This document shows positions 61,306 through 64,000 of a DNA stretch of 64,000 nt, in pieces; the first letter of the stretch is position 1, and each line of letters starts with the position of its first letter. The notes under the pieces were generated by a model. It saw only the letters and a program-made list of their open reading frames with translations. It searched no databases and was not told the origin of the DNA. A program made the position numbers and the translations under genes. Source of the DNA: a virus; the IMG/VR virus record IMGVR_UViG_3300041586_000098, positions 1 through 64,000 of that record, one strand, 5' to 3'.

Positions 61306-61423
61306 CTGTTTTAATCAATTAAAAACATTAATAAACCTAAAGAATCCATAATCACTTTGCAATTCATCATAGAAATAATAAAGGTAAGACGATTTAAAAT
61401 AAATTAGGAAACAAAATATAAAA

Positions 61424-61879
61424 ATGGATGTAAATTATAAAAAAATACTATTAGGAATGTTAGGCGAAAAGATAATTGCTAAACATTTAAGGGATATTGG
61501 ATGTGTTGTCGATGAATCATTAGATGTATTTGACAGTACAAAGGATATGGTAGTAGATGGCATGTGTGTTGAAGTAAAGACAAACGCTCCATTATTTTAT
61601 TATGATTCTTTTAGTATACCACAAAATCAATATAATAAGATTATAAAGTCGCATCGAGTTTATTGGTTATCTGTTCCATTACAGACTAAAGAAGACCAAT
61701 TTTCTGGCTGTATTTTTGAAATGGATCCTAATATTGCAAAGGTACATCAAATTAAGTTCGGTGATGGTAGATCTGTTATAGGTGTTAAACGACAACAAGA
61801 AGGAATGAAGATTATTTATAAAATAACAGACATAAAATTATTAAATCATCTAAGGGAACTTTCGTCATCTTATATATAA
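61424..61879 (+). CDS. PD-(D/E)xK nuclease-like protein
   Basis: G.LGE.I...D....EVKT. Confidence 0.55.
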   Translation: MDVNYKKILLGMLGEKIIAKHLRDIGCVVDESLDVFDSTKDMVVDGMCVEVKTNAPLFYYDSFSIPQNQYNKIIKSHRVYWLSVPLQTKEDQFSGCIFEMDPNIAKVHQIKFGDGRSVIGVKRQQEGMKIIYKITDIKLLNHLRELSSSYI

Positions 61880-61891
61880 GATATATAATCT

Positions 61892-62836
61892 ATGAAAAGA
61901 ATTAAATTATTTGAACAATTTATTGCGGAGCAAGACAATTTTCCAAGTCTACATAAAATATATTTAGCAATTAATCCATCAAGTGGTCATCGTTGGTGGT
62001 CATATAAGGATTTTGCAGGAGATAACTTTTTTATTCAAGTAACTCTTGAAAATTATAAGAATTTAAATATTAATCCTGAATTTCCATTATTAACATATAA
62101 TGCAGAAATCACACAGAAACTAATAGACGAAGGACTTATTAAAAAAGAAAATATATATAATCTACCTGAATTTATTAAACAATCTGGTTCTAAATCAGAA
62201 TTCCACAAAATGGTTAAAGGTGATGACAATATTCCAAAAACCGCACATGATGTAAAAGAAGCCCTGAAAATAGGATTTCCACTAATAGGCAAACCATCAA
62301 AGGGACATTCCGGCATTGGTATTCAAATATTTAAAGATCAATCTGAATGGGATGCAGCAGATCACACTAAACTAGATATTTATTCAGAGTATATTGATAA
62401 GGCAACTGAACATCGATTATTCGTGTTTAAGGGAAAGCCTTTCTTTTGGATGGAAAGAGAACCAATGAATGATAAGGCAAAATCAGGAAAAGGAAAGAAA
62501 GATGAGCAGATGGATTTTAAGTATATTAAAATGGACATAAATAAAATTCCTGAAAAATTTAATATACTAGTGTCTAGATTCGGTAAAATATTTTCCGATC
62601 TTCCTTATATATGTTTTGATATAATGGAAGACAAGACTGGAAAGCTATATATAATTGAAAGTAATTCTCAGCCTGGAGTTCCATATGATTCAACAATACA
62701 AATATACAGAACATTATATAGTGATTTTTATGGCACTGATATTGACAAAAAATCCGATATTGAATTATTACGATTAAGTTATTATATGAATAATAAGACA
62801 CTTGATTTAGATAAAGATAGATTTGAAATAAAATAA
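61892..62836 (+). CDS. ATP-grasp (RimK/amidoligase-like) protein with MKRIKLFEQF tag
   Basis: FPLIGKP..GHSGIGI, EYID, EHR, FDIM, IESNSQPG; late promoter at 61880. Confidence 0.75.
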   Translation: MKRIKLFEQFIAEQDNFPSLHKIYLAINPSSGHRWWSYKDFAGDNFFIQVTLENYKNLNINPEFPLLTYNAEITQKLIDEGLIKKENIYNLPEFIKQSGSKSEFHKMVKGDDNIPKTAHDVKEALKIGFPLIGKPSKGHSGIGIQIFKDQSEWDAADHTKLDIYSEYIDKATEHRLFVFKGKPFFWMEREPMNDKAKSGKGKKDEQMDFKYIKMDINKIPEKFNILVSRFGKIFSDLPYICFDIMEDKTGKLYIIESNSQPGVPYDSTIQIYRTLYSDFYGTDIDKKSDIELLRLSYYMNNKTLDLDKDRFEIK

Positions 62837-62853
62837 AATAAAATAAAATAAGA

Positions 62854-63309
62854 ATGAAAATAATTAAAACTTTCGAACAATTTTCAGCGAATCAGGTAGT
62901 ATGTGATTCATGTGATTGGAAATGGAGACTTGAAGAAGGAGGAAATGATCCATTCATGTGCCATAATTGTGGACATAACAATTATCCTGTATTTATCAGT
63001 GAAAAGGAGGATAAGGCAACATCTCGCGAAAAACTAGCAAATGCTGCAGTTAATACTGGATTAGACAATAAAGCAAAGGCTTCTGGTGTTCCTATTGGAA
63101 TTATTAGAGCTGTAATGCGAAGAGGAATGGGAGCATGGAATTCAAGTCATTACGAAGGAATGACGCAAGAAGGATGGGGATATGCAAGAGTAAATGCATT
63201 CTTAGAAAAAGGAAAAGGAACATGGGGAAATGCAGATAAAGATTTAGCTAAAGAAGTTAGAGATGGAGGTCATGACAAAAAACTTCCATGGAAGCCCGAA
63301 AAAGAGTAA
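62854..63309 (+). CDS. Putative internal head protein (MKIIKTFEQF tag, CxxC..CxxC, conserved C-terminal domain)
   Basis: RRGMGAW..SH..G..Q..WG.ARVNAFL. Confidence 0.6.
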   Translation: MKIIKTFEQFSANQVVCDSCDWKWRLEEGGNDPFMCHNCGHNNYPVFISEKEDKATSREKLANAAVNTGLDNKAKASGVPIGIIRAVMRRGMGAWNSSHYEGMTQEGWGYARVNAFLEKGKGTWGNADKDLAKEVRDGGHDKKLPWKPEKE

Positions 63310-63316
63310 TAATTTA

Positions 63317-63694
63317 ATGAAAAGGATAAAATTATTTGAAGAGTTTTTAAACGAATCAGAGGAAACATATAATGATTATCCAGCTGCCGCATCTCAAAAT
63401 GCAAAAATGGCAATTGATTGGCGCGATGAATATGGTAGAGATGAAATAAAGGCTGGTACTGCAGTTGGATGGCAACGAGCAAATCAATTAGCAAATAAAG
63501 AAAAGATATCTGCTGATGTTGTATCTCGAATGGCATCTTTTAATAGACATAGAAAGAACTCAACAATTGCACCTGAATTTAAAAGTACGCCCTGGCTCGA
63601 TAAAGGATATGTTAGTTGGCTGTTATGGGGAGGAGATGAAGGAGTTGATTGGGCTATTGAAAAGGGAAAGGAAATTAAAAAAGAAGAAGAATGA
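63317..63694 (+). CDS. Putative internal head protein (MKRIKLFEEFLNE tag)
   Basis: GT.VGWQRANQLA..RMASF.RH..WLLWGG; tag places the start at 63317. Confidence 0.6.
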   Translation: MKRIKLFEEFLNESEETYNDYPAAASQNAKMAIDWRDEYGRDEIKAGTAVGWQRANQLANKEKISADVVSRMASFNRHRKNSTIAPEFKSTPWLDKGYVSWLLWGGDEGVDWAIEKGKEIKKEEE

Positions 63695-64000
63695 AAAAAA
63701 TAAAATTATTTGAGGAATTTATGAACGAGGCTAAAAAACAAACGTATGGTGCTAATTGTGCAATGTTATATTTTGACTTTCCAGAAATGGCGCAAATTCA
63801 TAAAGAAATAATATCATCTGATCTATTTGAATCAGAAGAAGGAGGAGGGCATGGTTTAGAAACTGAATCACATTGTACACTACTATATGGACTTAATGCC
63901 GATGTATCATTAAATGCAGTTAAGGTAAAATTACAAGGGTTGGGCTTTGATAAATGTCTCGCACATAACATTTCATTATTTGAAAACAAAGAGTTTGATG
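63691..64000 (+). CDS. 2H phosphoesterase-like (Acb1/gp57B-like) protein with tag; truncated by the window end
   Basis: My translation: MKKIKLFEEFMNE...GLETESHCTLLYG..., containing the first HxT motif. Confidence 0.6.
   Translation, partial: MKKIKLFEEFMNEAKKQTYGANCAMLYFDFPEMAQIHKEIISSDLFESEEGGGHGLETESHCTLLYGLNADVSLNAVKVKLQGLGFDKCLAHNISLFENKEFD

Noticed and set aside
63263-63316. Upstream start for ORF 63263..63694
   Set aside because: It overlaps the previous gene; the shared N-terminal tag places the start at 63317.
1-64000. Genome-wide TAG or TGA stop-codon reassignment
   Set aside because: Core genes are full length in the standard code. TAG ends genes cleanly at 13087 and 40875 with the next ATG a few nt later. 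The fragmented genes are explained by split inteins.

Overview
AT-rich, almost entirely + strand segment of a large T4-like (myovirus) phage genome. The host is probably a Bacteroidota/Flavobacteriia member, inferred from A-rich start contexts without Shine-Dalgarno sequences, TAnnTTT-type early promoters and a TIGR03643-like gene. The window holds the T4-type core: PolB, NrdAB, clamp and loader, UvsX, gp41, gp46/47, RNase H, gp55, portal, protease-scaffold, major capsid, terminase, sheath, tube and tape measure, plus early accessory genes. Main observations: (1) Four essential genes (nrdA, uvsX, gp46, gp17) are each broken into two ORFs by a naturally split intein with a free-standing endonuclease gene between the halves; two of these splits are atypical, with short N-fragments. 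PolB is also split, without an intein, across 6.5 kb. (2) Several endonuclease genes have a late promoter inside a hairpin that covers or abuts their start codon. (3) Three fixed-spacing promoter classes suggest a host sigma -> phage ECF sigma -> gp55 cascade. (4) At least 7 unrelated proteins share an N-terminal MKxIKxFE(Q/E)F capsid-targeting-like tag, including an ATP-grasp ligase and an Acb1-like 2H phosphoesterase. (5) A circularly permuted tRNA-like (YrlA/Y RNA-like) element lies in an ncRNA cluster, and the window also encodes a Ro60/TROVE-like protein and RNA repair enzymes. All calls come from motif recognition by eye; no searches were run.
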